The position numbers and the translations under genes are program-made. Below the pieces are notes generated by a model. The model was not told the origin of the DNA. It saw only the letters and a list, made by a program, of their open reading frames with translations, and did no database searches. DNA of 64,000 bases from Flectonema sp. DT1601 (Eukaryota): the NCBI GenBank assembly GCA_964019425.1, contig OZ025786.1:992001-1056000 (forward strand), read 5' to 3'. Positions 36,101 to 46,263 of this stretch are shown one piece after another (the first letter of the stretch is position 1; the number at the start of each line of letters is the position of its first letter).

Positions 36101-38088
36101 GCCGCAAATGCAGATGCAACCTCCGGGTCCGCCAGCTCATTCGCATCATCACCACCACCATCACCACCAACACCAGCATCACCATCACCACCACCACCAC
36201 CACCAACAACAACATCACCACCACCATCATCATCACCAGCATCACCACCACCACCACCATCACCATCACCATCATCAACAACACCAGTACCAGCAGCATC
36301 AGTTACCTCATGGGCATCATCATCACCACCATCATCACCAACACCAACACCACCACCACCATCCTCCTCCTCCTCAAGCTCCTCTACAGCAGCCATACCA
36401 ACCAGGAATTCCTTATGCCGGTCCACAACCTGGTCTCGCTGAACGTTCTCTTATTGACCATCTCGCAAACCTTGTGATGAAAGCAGGTTTGTGGATATTC
36501 TTTTTAGGAAAAAAGAAATACCTTTTCTCCTTCTTTTGCAATGCAAACAATTAACAAACAAAACAACGAAACAGGTTCACGTGATCCAGAAATTAAGCTC
36601 CGCGACCAGAATCAGGGAAAACCTCAATTTGACTTCTTGAAAGCAGATCATCCTTCCAACGGTATGAGAACACAACCTTGAATATACTGATGGGGTTGGG
36701 TGTTTTGATTATTGAAAATAAATTATTACAAAACTAATACACACACAGGTTATTATGAATGGAAGTTACAAGAACTTGCTTTTGAAGCAAAGAGAGCACC
36801 AATTCCAAGAGTGACCCCAGAGTCTATTGAAGCCGCAAGGACTGCTGATAGAGCTCGTTTCTTAGAGCAACAAGGTCATGCTCCTGATCACATGGGAGGT
36901 GGTGGATCTATTCAAGATCCTCGTTCTGCTCAACAATTTCTTCCAAGAAGTGAGATGGGTGGAGCTCCTGGTGGAATTCCTATGTCAGGTTTGACATCGC
37001 AGCCAACAATTCAACGAACTCGCAGAATCAGACGCGCTCGTACTCCTGAAAAAAAGATCAACTCGAATGAGGTTCCAAAACCACTTGATCCCGAAGTAAT
37101 CATCTGCATGACTTCAATGGACTTGTTGAATTTTGAAAAGTATGTCTTCTTTTTTAACTGGCATCTCACTGGTTGGTATTAGTTTTTTTATTTTCAACAC
37201 AAAATAATAAAAAATAACAGAACTCGTCTCCAAGCTGAATTAGAACTTCAAAGAGAAGGCACCCTTGGCGACAACACACCTGCGGGACCTCCCCCACCAA
37301 GATGTATGTTTTCTTCCCCCATTCTAGATTAAACCAAACAAACAACCAACCAACCAGTACTACCACAACGCCCTCCACCGATGCCAATCAGCGCCTCTGC
37401 TAATGAAGTTGTTGTAAAGCGTCCTTCTGTTCTTGTTGGTCCTATTCCAGCAAAGAGTGAAACAAAAGGATCTAACTTGCCACTTATTCTTGCAAAGGTT
37501 TGTTATTGTTTATTGTTTTATCACACACGACGAGGTTAAGTTAGAAAGAAATATAAAAAAATACACAATCAGGCTCTTGGTGAGACACTTGGTGTTCGTG
37601 TGGGACCAACTTTAATTGTGGGTCAGGAAGCCAGAATTGACGTCCCGAGTTACGGAATTGAGGAGAAAGCTTTACAGAAAGAGTTCTTCGTTTGTTTGGG
37701 TAAGAAAATTAAAATTCACAAAAACGATAAGATTCACTCAACGGAGACCTTTTTGGCTTCAAGACTTGACTCTCTACGTCAACGTGTTAACAGCGGGTAC
37801 AACTTAAAGAGAGAGCGTTCCGAAGAGAGAGAAGAACGAAGAGGAAAGGGTGCTGGCAGACGTGGAGGCAGAGGAAGATCTGGCTCACCAAGAAGACCTG
37901 AAGTCCCTGAAGCCGCTCCTATTCACCGCGCTCCTGCTACACCACCAGCTGAGTACAAGTGTTCTCGCTGTAGGGAATCAGGACATTGGGTCCGTGATTG
38001 TCCTGTCTTAAAGGATGCGGCTATCAAAGCTGACTTTGCGTCAAACAGCCCCGTCGATTCGACCGGAGTTGAAATAAAGCAAGAATAG
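33159..38088 (+). CDS. Degenerate DEAH/RHA helicase-like protein with His/Gln tract, SURP domain, possible RRM-like domain and CCHC zinc knuckle, 6 exons
   Basis: Exons 33159-36486, 36575-36661, 36749-37139, 37221-37303, 37358-37497, 37573-38088, all frame-consistent. LPVW, GSGKST, IIDEWE, IFLPSW, HA2-like LPVPLSIGKML, SDLVATLNAY, TAGLYPNVA, VHPSSV. Spliced SURP LIDHLANLVMKAG..PQFDFLKADHPSNGYYEWKL. CSRCRESGHWVRDC. Confidence 0.85.
36143..36362 (+). repeat. Coding CAN-codon low-complexity tract (poly-His/Gln, ~70 aa)
   Basis: Runs of CAC/CAT/CAA/CAG in frame within exon 1 of the helicase-like gene. Confidence 0.95.
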
Positions 38089-38741
38089 TATTTTTTAATA
38101 ATTATCTGAACTCGAGACTTCGGTAGTGTGTGAGCACCTTGTTGTTGCTCGGAAATAGTGTTTTTTTCTTCGAGAAACGTTGAAAGGAAAAAAAAAAAAA
38201 AAAAAAAAAGCATTGAACCGACTGACTGGAGTGTGTTTTTCCCCTCTTCTTTTTCATTCTCCTTTTTTAGTTTGTCATTTTTAAAGAAGAAAATAAAAAG
38301 AAAGGAAGACATTTCTTTGCTGGCTTTGTTTTCCTCACCTCAAATAAAAATAAGGTTTTTTTGTTTTTTAAACAAAGCGTTCTATACTATCAAGGTATCA
38401 AGTATTAGGTATACTTGAAAACGTGATTACAAAAAAAAAAAAAAAAAAAAGAGAACGAAAGTATAAAATGAAAAGGCAAATTGCCGAAAAAAATAAGAAA
38501 AAAAAAAGAATGAAAAGAAAAGAAGACAGGGGTGGTTATTAATTAGTGTTCCTGATCATGCTTAATTCAAGTAAGTTGAAATTCACAGTTGGAGGAAAAA
38601 AAAAAAAAAAAAAAAAATCAATTTGCATTTTTTTTTTAAACAACAGAGAGCACACATCACATATTTAGAAAGGTCTAGCAGGCATTACTACTACAAACTC
38701 AAAATCATTTTTTAATCAGAAATATAACAAAAGAAAACAAC

Positions 38742-39212
38742 ATGCCAAAAGAAATACCCGGTAGAGGTGAGCTCGACTATGAAGGTTCTGGATTAGTAGC
38801 TTACGTGGCTTCTCACTTAGAGTCTTACGAAGACGCAATGGCATTGGAAACACGAGCGAATAAATTTATGGGAGGATTCCGTGTTTTCGAACAACAGCAG
38901 TTGAGAAAACTAAAACGGGCTAAGAGAATGCCTGATGAAGATGGTTGGCAGACTGTTGTTCCGAAGATGTTGAATGTTAACACTGCAACAACTGAATTAA
39001 GGAACGCTAACCACATCGATGACTATAATAAAAAACAAGAAATAAGTGGAAAGAAGGCAGCGGTATCTTCATCAGACGGTTTTAGCAGATTCGCAGAATC
39101 GAAGAAGAGCATGCAGCGACTTATTAAAATGAAGAAATCACTCATGAAGGCTCAGTCTAGAAAGAATTCGGTCAAAACAGCTGGATTGCGTAACTTTGCT
39201 GACAGGTGTTAG
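38742..39212 (+). CDS. RRP7: Ribosomal RNA-processing protein 7, C-terminal domain only
   Basis: ANKFMGGF...MPDEDGWQTV...DGFSRF followed by a basic helix, matching the RRP7 C-terminal pattern (PDEDGF/W.TV ... DFYRF). Confidence 0.65.
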   Translation: MPKEIPGRGELDYEGSGLVAYVASHLESYEDAMALETRANKFMGGFRVFEQQQLRKLKRAKRMPDEDGWQTVVPKMLNVNTATTELRNANHIDDYNKKQEISGKKAAVSSSDGFSRFAESKKSMQRLIKMKKSLMKAQSRKNSVKTAGLRNFADRC

Positions 39213-39960
39213 TAGTAATGAGAGTAATTATGTTTTGACGACAATATGTTACTCATCCTCCTCGTGAAGGACTATTACTTCGTATCACATAATCTTAATG
39301 GCGTTGTTTCGATAGAGTGCTTACGCAAAACAACAAGTACGTAAAGCTAACACCAGGAAGAACAGCTGATAATGGAGAGGGAGAATTCTGTTTTTGATAA
39401 CATGCTACTCATCCTCTTTGGGGAGTACTATTATTTGTCAGCAGACTGTTAGCGGTCCACTTCATTATTAATAAGCTCTCATCCGACTTGAATGTTTACA
39501 CAGAAACTTCAACAAATCTTAATGAGTAAATGTGTTGAGAATAGTACACTCTTCTCTCTCTCTGTTAAGGAACTCTTTGAGTTAAGAAATACCTCAACAA
39601 ATCTGATTGGTACTCACAATTATTACATTGGAGTTGTATAGGATGGCTTCTCGTACTCGATGTTATTAATAGGGGGGTACACTTTGGATAGATTAGGTGG
39701 AGTGCAGTGTTGCTCAATAGATTACATGGTTGAGTGACTCTTTTGATTTGAGTTAAAGAGTTCGGAAATAAAAGAAAAAAAAAAGTAAAAAAAAAAAAAA
39801 AAAAAAACAACTATTTACGTCATTATCATTCGGGTTCGTTTATTCTCATCATTTCAGTTCGTATTTTTCTTTTGAATTTATAATCGTTTTTGTTTATTTT
39901 GTTACATTATTTTTTTTTTCATAAAGTAGGGGTCACCACCACCCTGACTAATAAATAAAA

Positions 39961-42900
39961 ATGACGGTGGAGGGGAGGGAGGTGGAGAGTGAAGGAGAAG
40001 ACGATGTGTCAATAAATGAATATCAGCTGCAACTTCAACTGGAAGTCGATTCTCAATCAATTGAGAGGAAGGTATTAGGACTGGCTGCGAGAGCTGTCTG
40101 CGTTCAATGTCTTAATTTGAGATTAATGAAACGACCGGCAAATGACAGATCTCTATTCCTATTTCGGAGAGATTCAGAAATTAGAAAAAAGATTTCATTT
40201 GTAGTCAACCACAAATACTTCACAGGAACCGTCTTAGTTTTGATCATTTTGAACTCTATTACTTTAGCTCTCGACTCTCCTGATAATAAAAATAATAATC
40301 ATCTTCAGGATTTCCTCTTCAGCTCTGAAATAGTTTTTGTTTCATTCTTCACTTTGGAAGCTTTACTTAAAATAGTTGCCTTGTCGTTTTATGGAAATAA
40401 AACTTCTTATTCAAGCAACTGGTGGAATCTACTCGATTTCTTAATCGTCATCGTTGGTCTGGCTAATCTCATCTTACCCGCAATTGGTGGAATTAGTACG
40501 GCAAACGTCTCGGCGATCCGTCTTCTCCGTATCCTTAGACCCCTTCGAACCGTCAGCCGCATTAAAGGAATGCGTGCTATTATTCAAACATTAATCTTAT
40601 CACTGCCGTTAATCGGAGATGTTTTTTTGTTATTATTATTTTTATTGTTAGTTTTCGCCATAGCTGGAATCCAGCTTTGGTCGAATTCACTTCATCGACG
40701 ATGTTACGCAGACGATACTTTCATGGAACTTGACGCAAATGAAACATTCGCTTGTAGCACAATGGCAACCGGAAACACTTGTTCATTTAATTCTGTTTGT
40801 GGAGTTAACTTTGATGAATACAGTGTTCGTTACCTGAACTTTAATCATATGGGAACAGCTTTGTTATTCGTGTTCAAGATTATTTCACTTGATGACTGGC
40901 CAGAAGACATGTGGCTAGTCCAAGACACGAATCTTCACATCGTGTGGTTGTATTTTGTAGTTCTTATCTTGACAAGTTCATATTTTGCTGTTAATTTATT
41001 TTTAGCTGTTTTGAGTGCGATATTCACTGATAACGAAGCGACAGCACAGGTTGAACAACTTCGAAGAGGTCATCGAATGAATGCCGTAGTTGGTCTACTT
41101 CAGGGTCCTTTTAAAGTACCTGAAGATGTTGAATTAGTAAAACAAGAACAAAACCCTGAGGCTAATCCTGATTGGGATGCGAAATCTTGTGAATCAACTG
41201 TTGAAGAGTTACACAACACTCGTAAAACAGTTTTATCCGAAGGAGATAGAAATAATTCAAAGCCAACAATCAAACCAAAAGCATCCTTCAACAGATACAA
41301 CGTTATCTTGAGAGACACTGGAGCACTTGTGCTATCCGTACCTCGTCAGACTACTCAGTTGGAACGAACTCGTAAATTTCTTGAACGACATTTGTCAGCA
41401 TCACCTAAAGGAACTTGTTTAAAACGACGTTCATCAGGTACAGGTCTACTTGTTGCTAAACCAGAACCCTTTGCAAGACAAGGTTGTTTACGATTACTAA
41501 ATGATGGAATTACTGAAGTGGAAAGTATCAGTTCTGCATCAAGAAAATCAGCCAACGGTGATGACAGTTCAACAGCGTCAACAGACGAACCACATACTCC
41601 AACACTTGGAAACAATAATTCACTCGCAAACGTTCCTCATGTATTTGTTACTGGTCAAGGCATCACATTAGAAGTTCCTACTTCACCTGTTAGACTTTCA
41701 CAGTGCAAGTCAGCTAATATATTTAGAATCCCAGATACCGCCTTTCTGAACGTCGCTCAAACTCCAAGAAGAAGTAGCTCTCCAGCAGCACCAGGTCACG
41801 TAGTAGGAGGTGTTGTTGATGGAAGAAAACAAAGTATATGTCCTCTTGATGAGGGTGAACTAAATCGACTTCCTAAATTAGCAGGACTTGGAGGACTTCA
41901 TAATCTTGGTTATGATGAAGTAATTGTAGGCGAGTCACCATTAACAACAACAACAGTTAGTATCGAAGTAAAAGATGACGGATTCTTATCACCAACATCA
42001 CCTGTTGGGATACTATCTCCATCACATAGTAGTGGATCAGAATTAATAAGTCACATCCAGCCTTGTGTTCCTTTATTACAATTACCTTCAAAAGGTGTAG
42101 CAATTGAGGACATTGAGCAATCTGAATCCGACTTCTCAGAACCATGTGAGGCCCCACACGGTGGAGTTACTTGGCGTCGACGACGAAAAACAATGGCTCA
42201 CTCCATAGTAGCTGGTTCTATTATCCCACCTCAGTGGGAGGTAGCTGAAGGTCAATCATCATTCATGAGTGTTGAACCTGTAATGGAAGAACCCTGTATC
42301 GCTGCTGATCATGAAGCTGTGTTAAATTGTAGAAGAATTTGTTTACAAAAAGGATACGGAGGATTCGCAATACTCAAGGGAAAAGCTTTATTCAGAGAAG
42401 AGACTGGTGAAGAATGCCGTTCGATGCTCATCCCAGAACAAGGAGTAATATTTCACATGGTAACCATATGGGAAGAAGTCCTTGACAGTGACGCATTCCC
42501 AAGTGAGACTGCTCATGAAGAAGCAATCGCTGATATTGGACTTGAGGAATGTATTCACGAATGTATTAAAAGTGGTTATGGAGGCTTCTCAGTTCAAAAT
42601 GGAATCGCTCGCTTCAAAAACAGATCGAGTAGACATTGCCGTGAGGCCCTCATCTCATCACCTCAAACCCGTTTTTATATAATAAAAGGAGACATTGGAT
42701 ACAGAATAAGAGTTCGAGCAATCGTTATGCACCCCGCTTTTGAAAAAGTATTCTTAGCAGTGACTATTCTAAACGTCATGGCTCTTGGGACTGATCATTA
42801 TGGAATCCATGATGACATGGTTACGGCAATAGAAGTTATAAATACCGTTTGTACGATTCTTTTTGTTATCGAAATTGTGATGAAGATCGTTGGTTTAGGT

Positions 42901-45900
42901 TGGCGACTAACGTTCAGAGATCCGTACAATCGATTTGATGCTTTTTTATGCCTCGTTGGAATTCCTCAACTGATTGCTACTTACGCATTAAGTAACAGCA
43001 GCGGAGGAGGAGGAAATGTGTTGTCTATTTTTAGAATGCTCAGAGTTGCTCGAGTACTCCGTTTGGGGAGGCGATGGGTTCGTCTTCGAAACACTATTTG
43101 GATCGTAGCAGAGAGTATTTCAGCAGTCGCGTATCTCTCATTGTTGTTATTATTAATTTTATTTATTTATTGTGTTCTTGGAATGCAGTTGTTTGGAGAA
43201 TCATTGTCGGCAACAGACTCCAGACTTACGTTTTCATCTTTGTGGAGGTCTTTATTGACTGTTTTTGTTGTTGTAACTGGTGAGGGATGGGTCAAAATAA
43301 TGAGAAGCACAATGGAAGCAACGTCTTGGTCTGCAGCATTTTACTTCGTATCGCTATTTGTGATAGGTAGATATATTATATTGAATTTGTTTATTGCGAT
43401 CATTATTGAAAAATTTCAAAATAAAAAAACCGACGAGCTGCTAAACGAAATGGAACACGAAGAAAAAGATTGGGAAACAACAGTAGCCTCTGACACTGAG
43501 GAAGTCTCTGATGGAAGTGAAGCAGGAACGGAGGCTCCAAAAACTGAAAGGAGAGTAAGATCAGTTTTTGAGTTAAAACTACAGGGTGATTCATCACCTA
43601 AAGTATCTCAAAACGCTGACCAATCGTGTGATGCTTGTCCAGACTATGAAAGTGAAGCTGACACAGTTGATGGGCCTTCAGACACCGGAACCGCCAGTCC
43701 TCAAGATCGAAGAGAGTCAAGTCAATCAAAATCATCTGATAAAGACATTGCGGTAATCAAACCTACTCCATCGTATTTTGGAGAAAAAACGTGTGGCTGT
43801 CTCGCTCACGATGGTGCTGTTCGAATGTGGTTGACTCCAATTGTTACGTCAACTGCTTGTGATCGAGCGATTGTTTGTTTGATTGTTTTGAATTTATTTT
43901 TATTAGCAGCTGAAAATCCAAAAACTAGAAAAGATTTTTCATCTGGGTTTTATTATGCTGACTTAGCATTCACGATTGTGTTCGTAGTAGAGCTAATCGC
44001 AAAAATAAGTGTTTTTGGTATTTGGAGTGCACCGCACGCTTACTTAAAAGATTTATGGAACTGCGTTGATTTCGTCGTCGTCCTCACATCTTTATTAGGT
44101 TTGTTTGAATCGACCTTTCAGTTAATGAGATCGTTTCGTGTTTTCCGACTGGTCATTCGATCTGAAAACGCAAAAGTTGTTTTATACGCCACCGTCGGCT
44201 CAATCACTTCCGTAATTAATGGTTTGGCTGTTTGCGGATTTTTATTTATTTTATTCGCTATCATGGGAGTTCAGTTATTTAAAGGTTCTTTTGTCGAGTG
44301 TTCAAACCGTGAAATCATTCACAAAATAGAATGCAATGGAACCTTTATAAATTCACTTGGGAATATGGAAGAAGCAAGATGGAGGTCATTAGATTATAGT
44401 TTTGATCATCTTGGTGTTGCTCTCTTCACATTATTCAAAGTAGCTCTATCTGAACGATGGGTTGACATCATGTTCGTCGCAATGGACTCTGACAACGACG
44501 TCATCGGACCAGAAATCGATAAGCGTCCAGTAGCTTGTCTCTATTTCGTTTTATTCTTCATTTTTGCTAATTTCTTATGTTTAAATTTAATTATAAGTAT
44601 TCTCATAAGTACTTTTTCTGCCTATCACGAAGCACGATTCGTACGAATTCACTGTGAAGAAGACCAAGACGGACTCTATGCTGGTGTTGGTGTTTGGAAG
44701 GCGGATATTGCAAAGTTCGAAATGATGAGACACAAACTTCTGACCGACGGTCAAAAGAAGTGGGTTCGTTCACAGCAATTACTCGTACAGGACATTTACT
44801 ACAGAGCTCCTCCTGATGATCCGAACCGAAGAAAAGTTTATGAAATCGTTGAGAGTGATAAATTTGAATGGGGAATTGCGGGAGTAATCGTTTTCAATCT
44901 AATCTTGTTATGTACTCAACACAGAGTTCCTTCTAGTGAGTATGTCACTGCTTTCAGCGTTTTAAATTATATTTTTATTTCTGTATACGTACTTGAATTC
45001 GGAACTAAAGTATACGCTTATAGCTTCGCAACTTTTTGGAAAGACAATTGGAACAGGTTTGATATGATTGTCCTTTTGGTGAGTCTAAGTGGTGTCTTTG
45101 TTGGGGAGTCTCTCACATTTTTTAGAGTTTTTCGAGTTGGAAGAGTTCTCCGTTTATTTCACATGTCGAAGGGACTTGCGAAAATGTTTACAGCGTTACT
45201 GTACGCACTTCCCCCACTGTTCAATATCGGTGTTTTACTTTGCTGTGTTTTCTTCGTTTTCGGTGTTTTAGGTGTCGATTTATACGGTGAAATCGATCTC
45301 GATTTAAATCCGTATTTAAATAGAAATTTTAATTTTAGAAATTTGGGAGAAGCAATCTTGTTGTTGTTTCAAATTAGTACAGGTGAGCTCTGGTTGGATG
45401 CCTTAGAGGGTGTTCGAGCAGAAGAACCTTTTTGTAATAAAGACTGCGGAAGTAATGTTGCGATTCCCTATTTTATATTCTTCATGATTATCGTTTCTTT
45501 TTTGATGGTCAATTTATTCGTTGCTGTCGTTCTCGAGGCCTTTCAAGATGCAGAACAAGTCCTGAGCAACGACAGTTTAGTTGCCGCATTTCATACATTT
45601 CGTGAAAGTTGGTTATCCGTAACATTTAAACTCCCTTATGATCAAGATGAGATGGACGTCGATCAATTCTTATTATTTATTAGAGGTATTCCTCCACCAC
45701 TCGGTCCGTTGTTCAAGACTGATGGATTCTTATTAAAATTGTTAAAAGATTTAAATATCCCAGTTGATACGAACTTAAGAGTTAGATACGAACATGTCAT
45801 CCACGGACTAGCTAGAAAGGTTTTTAGGATTTCACACGAAGAAGCACTCGACTTAAGTCACTTAAGCCACGTTAGAATCACAGATGAGATGTTTACCGTC

Positions 45901-46263
45901 GCTCACGTTCATTGCGTTCGTAAGATCGCACGAATCTGGAGAGACCATGTCGAAGCCAGACTGGCAGCTGCATCTGGAGAAGGTCAAAAAGAAGAAAGCG
46001 AACCTGCTGAACCAGAATTCCATCCATTCACTGCATTTAATGTTCCTGCTGAGGGTCGTTTTCGTCATCGTGGTTCTGACTTTCTGGGATCCACGTACGG
46101 AAATTCAAACGAACTGGGTGACACTTTCGATAGTAACGGCAAACTTGGTCACAAGAAACAATCTTCTTTTATTGAAGAATTACATAAGCGATCATCACGT
46201 AACTTGTTAGCAGTCGCTGGCCATCAAGTGTCTAAAAATATGTTGAGACCTCCTTCTGCATGA
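39961..46263 (+). CDS. Four-domain voltage-gated Ca2+/Na+ channel alpha subunit, intronless
   Basis: Four 6-TM repeats with S4 segments (IRLLRILRPLRTVSR; FRMLRVARVLRLGRR; MRSFRVFRLVIR; FRVFRVGRVLRL), four pore loops, C-terminal PPPLG segment and IQ-like RKIARIWR. Confidence 0.95.
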   Translation: MTVEGREVESEGEDDVSINEYQLQLQLEVDSQSIERKVLGLAARAVCVQCLNLRLMKRPANDRSLFLFRRDSEIRKKISFVVNHKYFTGTVLVLIILNSITLALDSPDNKNNNHLQDFLFSSEIVFVSFFTLEALLKIVALSFYGNKTSYSSNWWNLLDFLIVIVGLANLILPAIGGISTANVSAIRLLRILRPLRTVSRIKGMRAIIQTLILSLPLIGDVFLLLLFLLLVFAIAGIQLWSNSLHRRCYADDTFMELDANETFACSTMATGNTCSFNSVCGVNFDEYSVRYLNFNHMGTALLFVFKIISLDDWPEDMWLVQDTNLHIVWLYFVVLILTSSYFAVNLFLAVLSAIFTDNEATAQVEQLRRGHRMNAVVGLLQGPFKVPEDVELVKQEQNPEANPDWDAKSCESTVEELHNTRKTVLSEGDRNNSKPTIKPKASFNRYNVILRDTGALVLSVPRQTTQLERTRKFLERHLSASPKGTCLKRRSSGTGLLVAKPEPFARQGCLRLLNDGITEVESISSASRKSANGDDSSTASTDEPHTPTLGNNNSLANVPHVFVTGQGITLEVPTSPVRLSQCKSANIFRIPDTAFLNVAQTPRRSSSPAAPGHVVGGVVDGRKQSICPLDEGELNRLPKLAGLGGLHNLGYDEVIVGESPLTTTTVSIEVKDDGFLSPTSPVGILSPSHSSGSELISHIQPCVPLLQLPSKGVAIEDIEQSESDFSEPCEAPHGGVTWRRRRKTMAHSIVAGSIIPPQWEVAEGQSSFMSVEPVMEEPCIAADHEAVLNCRRICLQKGYGGFAILKGKALFREETGEECRSMLIPEQGVIFHMVTIWEEVLDSDAFPSETAHEEAIADIGLEECIHECIKSGYGGFSVQNGIARFKNRSSRHCREALISSPQTRFYIIKGDIGYRIRVRAIVMHPAFEKVFLAVTILNVMALGTDHYGIHDDMVTAIEVINTVCTILFVIEIVMKIVGLGWRLTFRDPYNRFDAFLCLVGIPQLIATYALSNSSGGGGNVLSIFRMLRVARVLRLGRRWVRLRNTIWIVAESISAVAYLSLLLLLILFIYCVLGMQLFGESLSATDSRLTFSSLWRSLLTVFVVVTGEGWVKIMRSTMEATSWSAAFYFVSLFVIGRYIILNLFIAIIIEKFQNKKTDELLNEMEHEEKDWETTVASDTEEVSDGSEAGTEAPKTERRVRSVFELKLQGDSSPKVSQNADQSCDACPDYESEADTVDGPSDTGTASPQDRRESSQSKSSDKDIAVIKPTPSYFGEKTCGCLAHDGAVRMWLTPIVTSTACDRAIVCLIVLNLFLLAAENPKTRKDFSSGFYYADLAFTIVFVVELIAKISVFGIWSAPHAYLKDLWNCVDFVVVLTSLLGLFESTFQLMRSFRVFRLVIRSENAKVVLYATVGSITSVINGLAVCGFLFILFAIMGVQLFKGSFVECSNREIIHKIECNGTFINSLGNMEEARWRSLDYSFDHLGVALFTLFKVALSERWVDIMFVAMDSDNDVIGPEIDKRPVACLYFVLFFIFANFLCLNLIISILISTFSAYHEARFVRIHCEEDQDGLYAGVGVWKADIAKFEMMRHKLLTDGQKKWVRSQQLLVQDIYYRAPPDDPNRRKVYEIVESDKFEWGIAGVIVFNLILLCTQHRVPSSEYVTAFSVLNYIFISVYVLEFGTKVYAYSFATFWKDNWNRFDMIVLLVSLSGVFVGESLTFFRVFRVGRVLRLFHMSKGLAKMFTALLYALPPLFNIGVLLCCVFFVFGVLGVDLYGEIDLDLNPYLNRNFNFRNLGEAILLLFQISTGELWLDALEGVRAEEPFCNKDCGSNVAIPYFIFFMIIVSFLMVNLFVAVVLEAFQDAEQVLSNDSLVAAFHTFRESWLSVTFKLPYDQDEMDVDQFLLFIRGIPPPLGPLFKTDGFLLKLLKDLNIPVDTNLRVRYEHVIHGLARKVFRISHEEALDLSHLSHVRITDEMFTVAHVHCVRKIARIWRDHVEARLAAASGEGQKEESEPAEPEFHPFTAFNVPAEGRFRHRGSDFLGSTYGNSNELGDTFDSNGKLGHKKQSSFIEELHKRSSRNLLAVAGHQVSKNMLRPPSA

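Noticed and set aside
35946..36426. Minus-strand Met/Val-rich and Gly/Asp-rich ORFs
   Set aside because: Antisense shadows of the His/Gln codon repeat.
39238..39440. Degenerate ~45 bp duplication (tactcatcctc...actatta)
   Set aside because: Short, diverged local duplication in a UTR with no further structure.
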